Source: Eubacteriales bacterium
Lineage (GTDB): Bacteria > Bacillota > Clostridia > Lachnospirales > Lachnospiraceae
Assembly (NCBI GenBank): GCA_030537935.1
Contig: JAUNUY010000005.1
Span: forward strand, 8,347 to 72,346
Length of the DNA: 64,000 bases
Direction: 5' to 3'
Positions 9,647 through 17,746 of the stretch are shown here, one piece after another; position 1 is the stretch's first letter, and every line of letters starts with the position of its first letter. The translations under genes were made by a program, and so were the position numbers. Below the pieces are notes generated by a model. The model saw only the letters and a list, made by a program, of their open reading frames with translations, did no database searches and was not told where the DNA came from.

Positions 9647-10813
9647 GTGTTTAACTTAATAGAATTAATTAGAAAGAAGGTGAATAATATAAAAAAGAGA
9701 TTTAAACATTTAATGTTGATGGTACTTTCTTTGGTGTTATTACTATCAACTAATGTAAACGCAGGCTCGAACTTGGAAGAAAGATTTGAAAACAATGTTA
9801 GCTCGTTATATATAGCATCAGATCCAGTATCTGAGGGTTATATTAATTATGCTAAAGAAGAGAAGATGAATATTTTTATGTCATTGCCGGATGTTGTTTC
9901 TGACGAATTAAGTTATTTAGATTCTGACGAAAATATTTACTTCGGTAATGCTTTTGTCTTAAATGACATTAATTATATACCAATCTTAGCAAATAATAAA
10001 GTAATTGCACTGTTAGCCGTCATAGAAACTAATGGTGAGTATAGTTGGACACTTTCCTCAGATTTTTCAGATGGATTAAATAGTATAGCTAAAAAAACAA
10101 GTAGAAATAAACCGGCAGTACTTTATACTGATAAAGGAAATGTATACGCAAACATATCTGGTGATATTCATCAATTGACATTTAATCCTGAAATAAAAAG
10201 CATTCAGCAAGATAATCATAGGATGAATCCTTTCGTTGAAAACAAAGAGATAGTAAACGTATACAATGTTTCTAATAAAACAGAAGTTAAGTATTCTAGA
10301 ATACAGTATTCCACCAGAGCTTCGTCCTCAAAATATTTGACATTAGATTTGAAAGAAACACAAGGTGATCAGTCTTGGTGTTCAGCTTTTGCGGGTGCTC
10401 AAATTTTAAGATATAGAGGTAAAGGGAACATATACGCTCAGTATATAATGAGATACTATTATCCAAATGTTAGTAATACTGATTTGAAGGACAAATCAAT
10501 TACAAATAGTGAACTAATCAAATATGCAAACAAAAAGAAATCGTATCCTAGTCAAATTGATAATACTCTTTCAATTAGTACGGTAAAAAGTCAAATAAAT
10601 TCGTATAAGCCAATTTATCTAGGATGTAGGGGGAATGGAACGTATAAAAAAGCTCGACATGCATTAGTATTAAGAGGTTATAATACAAATTCTAGTACTT
10701 ATTCTGTATGGAATCCTTGGAATGCAAAATACGTTTCTATGTCTACCTCCAGTAAAAGTATTGCTGTTAGTGGGGGAACATTTACATGGGACACGACAAT
10801 TTACGGTTGGTAA
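9647..10813 (+). CDS. Secreted papain-fold cysteine protease, staphopain-like (peptidase C47) with pro-region
   Basis: Signal peptide KKRFKHLMLMVLSLVLLLSTNVNA. The C-terminal domain has KETQGDQSWCSAFAG (catalytic Cys context; compare staphopain ETQGNNGWCAGY), HALVLRGY (His), VWNPWN and a terminal IYGW. The exact start is uncertain (GTG 9647 or 9680). Confidence 0.8.
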   Translation: MFNLIELIRKKVNNIKKRFKHLMLMVLSLVLLLSTNVNAGSNLEERFENNVSSLYIASDPVSEGYINYAKEEKMNIFMSLPDVVSDELSYLDSDENIYFGNAFVLNDINYIPILANNKVIALLAVIETNGEYSWTLSSDFSDGLNSIAKKTSRNKPAVLYTDKGNVYANISGDIHQLTFNPEIKSIQQDNHRMNPFVENKEIVNVYNVSNKTEVKYSRIQYSTRASSSKYLTLDLKETQGDQSWCSAFAGAQILRYRGKGNIYAQYIMRYYYPNVSNTDLKDKSITNSELIKYANKKKSYPSQIDNTLSISTVKSQINSYKPIYLGCRGNGTYKKARHALVLRGYNTNSSTYSVWNPWNAKYVSMSTSSKSIAVSGGTFTWDTTIYGW

Positions 10814-11172
10814 AAATTATTGGAGTAGTTTGTGCCTGTATTGCATTGGTTGGCTTAGGAATATTGGTGTCTATAAAAATCAAAACAACTGATAATGATC
10901 TGTATCATGCAAAAGCTTATAAACCTATGTTGAAGGTAAATGAAAGAATATATTATGAAGAAGATACTCTTCAAAATATAGATATGGAAAAATTAGAGAA
11001 GATTGGAGAAATTAAGAATTCTTACAATAGTGGAACAAAAAAAGTGACAATGGAAGATGAAAATGGTACCAGTAATGTTTATCCAAAAGGTAGCCAGATA
11101 TATAGGAATGGTGAAAAAATCATTGTAGTTCAGGGAGCTAATATTTGGTTACTCAAGGAACTAGAAGACTAG
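10786..11172 (+). CDS. Small N-terminally membrane-anchored protein, unknown function
   Basis: One TM (IIGVVCACIALVGLGILVSI) and a ~95-aa soluble part. Overlaps the protease stop codon. Possible TTG start at 10807. Confidence 0.5.
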   Translation: MGHDNLRLVKIIGVVCACIALVGLGILVSIKIKTTDNDLYHAKAYKPMLKVNERIYYEEDTLQNIDMEKLEKIGEIKNSYNSGTKKVTMEDENGTSNVYPKGSQIYRNGEKIIVVQGANIWLLKELED

Positions 11173-11221
11173 AAGGTTGTTCAAGTAAACAGTCTAAGTT
11201 AAAAAAATACCTATTAAAAAG

Positions 11222-11252
11222 GCAGTTAGAGAAACCCTCTAGCTGCTTTTTT
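11222..11252 (+). terminator. Rho-independent terminator
   Basis: GCAGTTAGAG-AAACC-CTCTAGCTGC followed by TTTTTT. Confidence 0.6.
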
Positions 11253-11253
11253 A

Positions 11254-11613
11254 TTGGCAAAAACAGAAAGGAAGAAAGCAGATGACCGAACCCAAAAGAG
11301 AAACCTCAAGAGAAGCATTGAGGAGCAAATCCTCTTAAAAAAGGAAAAGCGAAAGCAGGTCGCGAACGAGATTAAGAGGTACCAAAACAAGCTTCGTCAG
11401 CAAGAGCGAAAAGAAAGAACCAAACGCTTAATCGAAAAAGGAGCCGTCTTTGAGAGCCTATTTCCCGAAAGCATTTCTATCAGCAAAGACGACTTTTATC
11501 AGCTACTTGTAAGCCTTAATAACTACGAACCATTTAGACGAAAACTCAAAGAATTAGAAGAAAAACAGGAAGATGAAAGAGATGAAGTCCTACATCAGGA
11601 CGCCATAATATAA
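11254..11613 (+). CDS. DUF3847-like relaxosome accessory protein
   Basis: 119 aa, highly charged coiled coil with KERTKRLIEKGAVFESLFPE, typical of the small gene that precedes MobA/MobL relaxases. TTG start directly after a terminator, so expression is doubtful. Confidence 0.6.
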   Translation: MAKTERKKADDRTQKRNLKRSIEEQILLKKEKRKQVANEIKRYQNKLRQQERKERTKRLIEKGAVFESLFPESISISKDDFYQLLVSLNNYEPFRRKLKELEEKQEDERDEVLHQDAII

Positions 11614-11717
11614 GTTCCCTTAGTTTACTAAGGGCGCAATTATACACCCTCACAAGTTCAGGTGCATTGCGTCTGGCGGAGCCTAACCCTTGCAGGGAGC
11701 AAAAGAACATTCGCTTG

Positions 11718-11857
11718 CTTCAAGTCAAGGGTATATAAACTCGCTTCGCTCGCCCTTGACTTAGAAGCATTTGAAACGATATCTATCACGCAAGCCGACA
11801 TACTGAAACAACAAACACATTCAGTGTAGTCGGCTTTTTCTATTGTATCGTTTCAAA
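11718..11857 (+). other. Candidate oriT (nested inverted repeats upstream of the relaxase remnant)
   Basis: IR1 is CTTCAAGTCAAGGG...CCCTTGACTTAGAAG (11718..11767). IR3 is TTTGAAACGATA...TATCGTTTCAAA (11770..11857) and encloses IR2, AGCCGACATACTGAA...TTCAGTGTAGTCGGCT (11793..11835). Confidence 0.5.
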
Positions 11858-11935
11858 CCGCTCATTTATCACTGGAGAAAATCTAAGACCGACACCTGAA
11901 ACAACAAAATTAAGACCCGAAGAAAGGAGCATACT

Positions 11936-12249
11936 ATGGCAGAAAGTTTTACTTCTCTATTGATATCATCTCACGAGGAAAAGGCAAAAGTGCGGTTGCA
12001 AGTGCCGCCTATATCAGTGAAGAAAAGATTAAAAACGAATGGGACGGAGTGCCCCACGACTACACCAAGAAAGGGCATATTCTCTACAAGGATATTTTCC
12101 TACCCGACCATATCCCTAAAGGATTTCAAGACCGAACTACCCTTTGGGACAAGGTAGAATTATCCGAGAAAAATTCCAATGCACAGTTAGCAAGACAATT
12201 TATTGTTGCCCTATCTAAAGAATTAAGTCTTGAAGAAAATAAGAAACTC
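11936..12249 (+). pseudogene. MobA/MobL-family relaxase, N-terminal ~105 codons only, with a frameshift right after the ATG
   Basis: ATG 11936 follows AAAGGAG, but the conserved FYFSIDIISRGKGKSAVASAAYISEEKIKNEWDGVPHDYTKKGHI...NAQLARQFIVALSKEL is in the neighbouring frame. The reading frame runs into repeat copy B at 12250. Confidence 0.75.
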
Positions 12250-12831
12250 ATAGCCGCCCTTCTCATTGACTGCGATGGCATCTCCGGTAAATAATACTCT
12301 ATCCTCAACGATATAGGCACTATGCCCGTAGGTATGACCGGGGGTGTGAATCAATTGAACTTTAATCTCACCGACAAGGACGACATCATGGTCCTTTAAC
12401 AGCTTGTATCCGGACGTTCTTCGAATCGGGTTCTTAAAACCGAAAGGCCCTTTTTTAAATCGCTTTTCGACACCCGAAAGCATATCCCGTTCTTTTTCAT
12501 GAATATAGACGGTTGCATTTTTGAATCGGTTGTTGGTATCGATAACCCCGCCGGCATGGTCCATATCGGCATGGGTTAGAAAAACGGCTTTTACCCAATC
12601 GGGTTCCAGACCAATTTTTGCCTCGTTTCTTTCGGGATGTGGATAATTATCATATCCCGAGTCAATTAAAATGACATCCGTACCTTTTTGAAAGGCATAA
12701 TAATTGACATCCCATTGGGCCAGACTATAGATGTTATCATCTACTTTCCCCGTGGACCGGGTATGAAAGATACCGCAGCCACGCAGTTTATATGGTTTTA
12801 CCGTTTTACCGAAAAAATCTATAAGACGCAT
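12250..12831 (-). pseudogene. MBL-fold hydrolase, 3'-truncated duplicate (lacks the last ~83 codons)
   Basis: The first ~193 aa are identical to 6146..6976 except H->L. After 12250 it reads into antisense relaxase DNA (..GGYEFLIFFKT stop). Confidence 0.85.
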
Positions 12832-13126
12832 GTTATCACCTCAATTACAGTATATGAGGTTTTCGTATAAAAAGATTGTACGAATCTGCTGTCTTTAAGA
12901 TTTTTTAAACACATCGCTCACGGTGATACCGGTATATTTTTTGACCACTTTACATAGGTGGGCACTGTCATAAAACGCGGCATTCACAGCAGCTTCCGTA
13001 AAGCTCTGTCCACTGTTAATCAACATGAATGCTTTTTTCATCCGCATCATAACCATATAGTTCTTCAAATTCATGCCGGTTTCGGCTTTAAAAAGATGAG
13101 AGAGTCTACTTTCGGATAGGTGGAGT
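12250..13126. repeat. 877-bp direct repeat, copy B
   Basis: See copy A (6395..7271). Confidence 0.95.
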
Positions 13127-13590
13127 CGCTCGGCGATATCTTTTATTTCCATCGTTGACAATATGCCGGATTGACTATCTTTCATCAATCGGATAATTCT
13201 TTCATCCCTCGGATCTTTTTTATGCTGATAGAGACCGAGATGTTCCAAGATTTGTCGACTATATTGTTTCAGTTGATGGGTATTCAAACTTGAAAGATGG
13301 GCAATTTTCGTATTCGATATGTAATACTTTTCATCGTGTAAAAAATGTTTCCTTAAATTAACGGCCGGCATGGAACCGGGATCAATGAGATAAAATAGAG
13401 AATGAAGAGGCATGTTTACTTGATGGTCAACCCAACTGTCTAAGACGATAAAGTGTCCGCGATATTCTTGATTGTGCAATCTGACGCATATCTTGTCATC
13501 AGATAAAAAAATATGCAGCATGCCATGTTTGTGAAAGTCCGTACCGGTATAGCTGGGAATCATGGCAATATAATCATCATCAAAATACAT
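12895..13590 (-). CDS. AraC-family transcriptional regulator (intact copy)
   Basis: 231 aa: N-terminal cupin-like sensor part and C-terminal dual HTH (LHLSESRLSHLFKAETGMNLKNYMVMMRMKKA...AAFYDSAHLCKVVKKYTGITVSD). Confidence 0.85.
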   Translation of the reverse strand: MYFDDDYIAMIPSYTGTDFHKHGMLHIFLSDDKICVRLHNQEYRGHFIVLDSWVDHQVNMPLHSLFYLIDPGSMPAVNLRKHFLHDEKYYISNTKIAHLSSLNTHQLKQYSRQILEHLGLYQHKKDPRDERIIRLMKDSQSGILSTMEIKDIAERLHLSESRLSHLFKAETGMNLKNYMVMMRMKKAFMLINSGQSFTEAAVNAAFYDSAHLCKVVKKYTGITVSDVFKKS

Positions 13591-13631
13591 ATCACACCGC
13601 TGTTCTTATAAAGGCCTTTCTTAATTATGAC

Positions 13632-13663
13632 AAAACGGACGGGTAGTCATACACCGTCCGTTT
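13632..13663 (-). terminator. Rho-independent terminator of the lipoprotein array
   Basis: Plus strand reads AAAACGGACGG-loop-CCGTCCGTTT. On the minus strand the hairpin is followed by TTTTG. Confidence 0.6.
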
Positions 13664-13723
13664 CGTCGTACCGGCGTCGTTCGGGGGTAGATGATACCCC
13701 GGATACGGGCCGATGAGCTTATT

Positions 13724-14419
13724 TTATTCCGCCGGACATTCTCGACCGCCCCATTCCACGACGGTAAAACCCTGTCGCGCAGGCGCACGTAACGTCTGTG
13801 CCGGGATGTCGACCGGTGCATCCGTTGCCCGCCATGTCATAAAGACGCGGATGATGGTGTCCGGTTTCGGCTCGATGTCCAATTTGGCCCGTTCCGTATA
13901 GGCCGTATCCTGAAAATTGATAACGTTGTACGGATTGTCCTGCATCTGCGGCAGCCAGAAGATGATAAATTCCTGGGCTTCCGTTTCATTCAAGCCGAGC
14001 TTGGCGAGGGCGTCCTCCAGAAAGGTCGCCGTTTCCCGTCCGGGAACGACAAAGCCTTCATTGAAATGATAGGTCACGTCGTCATGGCCTTCCCAGAAGA
14101 GGCTGTAGCAGGTTCTGCCGGTATTCAAATCGGTCAAGGTGCCGTCCGGTTTCGCATGGACCCGCCAACCGTCATGATAGTCCGGGTAGGTGCAGGTCAG
14201 CGTCCCCGCATAGTCCAAGTGTACCGAAACGTCGGTTTCGGTTTCCGGATAGAGATAGATGACCGGTTTTTTATCTTCTCCGGGGTCGTCCCGGTGGAAT
14301 GTGGGCCCATTACAATGATCCGGTGATCGTCTGTTTTTGTAAGTCTTGTCGCCACCGCAACCAACGAGGCATACGGCCAAGCAGGCAATGAGCAATGCCT
14401 TGATACAATATCGATTCAT
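13724..14419 (-). CDS. Lipoprotein, unknown family (paralogue 1 of 4)
   Basis: MNRYCIKALLIACLAVCLVGCG lipobox, then the core KPVIYLYPETETDVSVHLDYAGTLTCTYPDYHDGW...VVEWGGRECP. Start at ATG 14419 (AGGGGGA RBS). Confidence 0.75.
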   Translation of the reverse strand: MNRYCIKALLIACLAVCLVGCGGDKTYKNRRSPDHCNGPTFHRDDPGEDKKPVIYLYPETETDVSVHLDYAGTLTCTYPDYHDGWRVHAKPDGTLTDLNTGRTCYSLFWEGHDDVTYHFNEGFVVPGRETATFLEDALAKLGLNETEAQEFIIFWLPQMQDNPYNVINFQDTAYTERAKLDIEPKPDTIIRVFMTWRATDAPVDIPAQTLRAPARQGFTVVEWGGRECPAE

Positions 14420-14435
14420 AAGTCCCCCTAACATA

Positions 14436-15068
14436 CTATTTCACCGGACATTCACGACCGCCCCATTCCACGACGGTGAATCCCTTTCTTTGCGGTGCAC
14501 GCAGCGTTGGTGACGGGATGTCAATCGGTGCATCCAGTGCCCGCCATGTCATAAAGACACGGATGACGGTGTCCGGTTTCGGCTCGATGTTCAACTTGGC
14601 CCGTTCCGTATAGGCCGTATCCTGAAAATTGATAACATTGTATGGATTATCCTGCATCTGCGGCAGCCAGAAGATGATGAACTCCTGTGCCTCCCTTTCA
14701 TTCAAGCCGAGCTTGGCGAGGGCGTCCTCCAGAAAGGTCGCCGTTTCCCGTCCGGGAACGACAAAGCCTTCATTGAAATGATAGGTCACGTCGTCATGGC
14801 CTTCCCAGAAGAGGCTGTAGCAGGTTCTGCCGGTATTCAAATCGGTCAAGGTGCCGTCCGGTTTCGCGTGGACCCGCCAACCGTCATGATAGTCCGGATA
14901 GGTACAGGTTAGCGTCCCCGCATAGTCTAAGTGTACTGAAACGTCGGTTTCGGTTTCCGGATAGAGATAGATGACCGGTTTTTTGTTTTCACCGGGGCTG
15001 CTACCGCAACCGACGAGGCATACGGCCAAGCAGGCAATGAGCAATGCCTTGATACAATATCGATTCAT
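14436..15068 (-). CDS. Lipoprotein, unknown family (paralogue 2)
   Basis: Same signal peptide and core as paralogue 1, with a short linker (SSPGEN). Confidence 0.75.
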   Translation of the reverse strand: MNRYCIKALLIACLAVCLVGCGSSPGENKKPVIYLYPETETDVSVHLDYAGTLTCTYPDYHDGWRVHAKPDGTLTDLNTGRTCYSLFWEGHDDVTYHFNEGFVVPGRETATFLEDALAKLGLNEREAQEFIIFWLPQMQDNPYNVINFQDTAYTERAKLNIEPKPDTVIRVFMTWRALDAPIDIPSPTLRAPQRKGFTVVEWGGRECPVK

Positions 15069-15088
15069 AAGTCTCCCCCCCTAACATA

Positions 15089-15787
15089 CTATTTCACCGG
15101 ACATTCGCTGCCGCCCCATTCCACGACGGTGAATCCCCGTCTTTGTGGTGCGCTCAACGTTTGTGCCGGGATGTCGATCGGTGCATCCAGTGCCCGCCAT
15201 GTCATAAAGACACGGATGACGGTATCCGGTTTCGGCTCGATATCCAACTTGGCCCGTTTCGTATAGGCCGTATCCTGAAAACGGATGAGATTGTACGGAT
15301 TATCTTGCATTTGCGGCAACCAGAAGATGATAAATTCCTGGGCCTCCGTTTCCGTCAGACCGAGTTTTGCCAAAGCATCTTCCAAGAAAGCTACCGTTTC
15401 GTTGCCGGGTACGACAAATCCCGAGGACATATCATAGGAACCCGGTTCAATACCCTCCCAGAAAAGACCGTAATATGTTCTGCCGGTTTCCGGATCGGTT
15501 AAAGTGCCGTCCGGTTTTGCATGGACCTGCCAACCGTCGTGATAGTCCGGATAGGTGCAGGTCAGTGTGCCCGCATAGTCCAAGTGTACCGAAACGTCGG
15601 TTTCGGTTTCCGGATAAAGGTAGATGATCGGTTTGTAAGCCTTTTGATCCTGTCTGTGGTCATCACGATGTGAGTCCGTACAGTCATCATGGTGGCGGCG
15701 GTTTTTAAAACGTGTATCCTCTCCGCAACCGACGAGGCCCACGGTCAGGCAGGCGATGAGTGCTGCCGTGATAAAGTATCTCTTCAT
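15089..15787 (-). CDS. Lipoprotein, unknown family (paralogue 3)
   Basis: MKRYFITAALIACLTVGLVGCG plus the same core. Start at ATG 15787 (AAGGGAG RBS). Confidence 0.75.
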   Translation of the reverse strand: MKRYFITAALIACLTVGLVGCGEDTRFKNRRHHDDCTDSHRDDHRQDQKAYKPIIYLYPETETDVSVHLDYAGTLTCTYPDYHDGWQVHAKPDGTLTDPETGRTYYGLFWEGIEPGSYDMSSGFVVPGNETVAFLEDALAKLGLTETEAQEFIIFWLPQMQDNPYNLIRFQDTAYTKRAKLDIEPKPDTVIRVFMTWRALDAPIDIPAQTLSAPQRRGFTVVEWGGSECPVK

Positions 15788-15812
15788 AAATTGTACTCCC
15801 TTCATTTATTCT

Positions 15813-16502
15813 TTACGAATCATTACATTTGCTGCCGCCCCATTCCACGACGGTAAAACCCTGTCGTTCAGGTGTACTCAGCGTTTGCACCGGGAGATCA
15901 TCCATCGGGGCATTTACTGGTTGCCATGCCATGAAGACGCGAATGACGGTGTCCGGTTTCGGTTCAATATTTAACCTGGCGATATCTGTATATCGTTCCT
16001 GCTGAAAACTGATGAGATTATACGGATTGTCCTGCATTTGCGGCAACCAGTAGACAATAAATTCCTGTGCCTCGGTTTCGTTCAGACCGAGTTTGGCCAG
16101 TGCGTCTTCTAAAAAGACTGCCGTGTCCCGGCCCGGGATAACAAATCCTTGTCGGAAATCGAAGTCCGCCCGTCCCCGTCCTTCCCAGAAAAGACCGTAG
16201 TACTCCCTACCGGTTTTCGAATCGGTCAAAGTGCCGTCCGGTTCCGCCGTAACCCGCCAGCCGTTCTCATAAGCGGGGTAAGTACAGGACAGGATTCCGG
16301 TATAATCCAATCGTACGAATACGTCGGTTTTTTGTGTCGGATACAGATAGATGACCGGTTTTGCAAGACTATATTCATCCTGCCGGTGTTGAGGGCACTC
16401 ATCCTGTGCGAGTCGATTTTTGTGCATTGCATCTTTTCCGCAGCCGAACAGTCCTACTGTGAAGCAGATCATGAGCGCTGCCGTGATGGCGTATTTCTTC
16501 AT
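15813..16502 (-). CDS. Lipoprotein, unknown family (paralogue 4, most divergent)
   Basis: MKKYAITAALMICFTVGLFGCG plus the core. Start at ATG 16502, not ORF-track 16676. Confidence 0.75.
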   Translation of the reverse strand: MKKYAITAALMICFTVGLFGCGKDAMHKNRLAQDECPQHRQDEYSLAKPVIYLYPTQKTDVFVRLDYTGILSCTYPAYENGWRVTAEPDGTLTDSKTGREYYGLFWEGRGRADFDFRQGFVIPGRDTAVFLEDALAKLGLNETEAQEFIVYWLPQMQDNPYNLISFQQERYTDIARLNIEPKPDTVIRVFMAWQPVNAPMDDLPVQTLSTPERQGFTVVEWGGSKCNDS

Positions 16503-16548
16503 GCATAAACTCCTTTCATTTATTTTGTATTCGTATTCATATGAACGG

Positions 16549-16737
16549 TTAATTCGTTCGGTTGCCTTCCCGCGGACAGATTGGTTGTTCGGCGGGACAA
16601 TTGGATCGCCATGTTTCTTCCTCGGGGTGACAAGCATCAACCCGGGTCGTTTGTTCCGGTCCGGTTTGCGGACCACAACCGATAAGACCCGGCGTCAGAA
16701 AGGCAATACGCGTCGCGACAATAAAACGATGCTTCAT
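16549..16737 (-). CDS. Short lipoprotein or truncated fifth paralogue
   Basis: MKHRFIVATRIAFLTPGLIGCG lipobox followed by only ~40 aa of Cys/Pro-rich linker. AAAGGA RBS. Confidence 0.4.
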   Translation of the reverse strand: MKHRFIVATRIAFLTPGLIGCGPQTGPEQTTRVDACHPEEETWRSNCPAEQPICPREGNRTN

Positions 16738-16899
16738 ATATGGATCCTTTCTTTTGTTATCATTGTAGCGTAAATTACTTCGGATGGCAAATCGAATATG
16801 TCCGTACAACCGTTCGTAATCTGTTGCAAGCCGCTTACTCAAGGGGTATAATAAAAGCGGGATACTTCGTGACAGTGTACGATTGAGAGGGGGCGCACT

Positions 16900-17709
16900 A
16901 TGAAGGGTAATGAACGAAGGCCGGATTACGGCAATTGGGTTTCGCTGAAATGGTTAGGGGTCATGTGGTTTCTGGCCCTCATATTTTCGGGCGGAGCGGT
17001 CATATTATTTTGTATCCGATTCGGGTCACCGCCGTTGTTTTGGAGCATACGGATACTCTGTACGCTCATCGCCATAGGTCTTCTCGGCATGGCGATTTAC
17101 TTCACCCGTGTCTATCGATTGTTTTCATATAACGGGCCGGTTCGACTGAGTGCGCGGATTTTGCAGTACGTCATCGGGCATCTGGATTGGGATGGACAAG
17201 GAGAAATACTTGATATCGGTTGCGGCAGCGGTGCATTGTCCGTTACATTGGCCAAAAAATATCCGGAGGCGAAGATTGTCGGAATGGATTATTGGGGCAT
17301 CAGCTTCGATTTCGGTAAGGCGCAGTGTGAACGCAATGCTCGGATGGAGGGCGTGGCGGAACGGATTCTTTTTGAGCAGGGCGATGCGGCGAATATGAAG
17401 TACGAGGCGGAACGATTTGATGCCGTCATCAGTAATTTCGTGTTCCACGAAGTGCGCTCCGAAAAGAATCGGCTCTTGCTCATCGGGAAGGCTTTAAACG
17501 TTTTAAAACCGGGCGGTGTATTTGTATTTCACGACCTTTTCTACGATGCACGCTTTTATGGCACGGAAGATAGCATTCGGAATTATTTGGCATCGCTCGA
17601 TTTAGAAGCGGTGCATTACCATAAGACGGTGGAGGAAATCGGTATACCGAGATTGCTGCGGAAGAAAGGTATGTTACGGGACATCGGTATTATTTACGGC
17701 AGGAAGTAG
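16900..17709 (+). CDS. Class I SAM-dependent methyltransferase with two N-terminal TM helices
   Basis: ILDIGCGSGALSVTLAKKYPEAKIVGMD (motif I), FDAVISNFVFHE and LKPGGVFVF. Confidence 0.8.
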   Translation: MKGNERRPDYGNWVSLKWLGVMWFLALIFSGGAVILFCIRFGSPPLFWSIRILCTLIAIGLLGMAIYFTRVYRLFSYNGPVRLSARILQYVIGHLDWDGQGEILDIGCGSGALSVTLAKKYPEAKIVGMDYWGISFDFGKAQCERNARMEGVAERILFEQGDAANMKYEAERFDAVISNFVFHEVRSEKNRLLLIGKALNVLKPGGVFVFHDLFYDARFYGTEDSIRNYLASLDLEAVHYHKTVEEIGIPRLLRKKGMLRDIGIIYGRK

Positions 17710-17746
17710 GAAGGGGGCGTCGGCAGGACCGACGGATAGAACGGAT

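Larger units (their letters stand above)
7272..12249. mobile_element. Decayed AT-rich mobilizable element (serine recombinase, cargo genes, oriT, Mob relaxase remnant)
   Basis: 4,978 bp of visibly AT-rich DNA between the two repeat copies. It carries recombinase, DUF3847-like and MobA/L-like genes in the order seen in clostridial mobilizable transposons. The recombinase is frameshifted and the relaxase is frameshifted and truncated. Confidence 0.75.

Noticed and set aside
10786-11172. Direct homology of the protease-adjacent small protein to staphostatins
   Set aside because: I see no sequence resemblance to the staphostatin sequences I remember, and it has a TM anchor. Only the positional analogy is kept, as a hypothesis in the findings.
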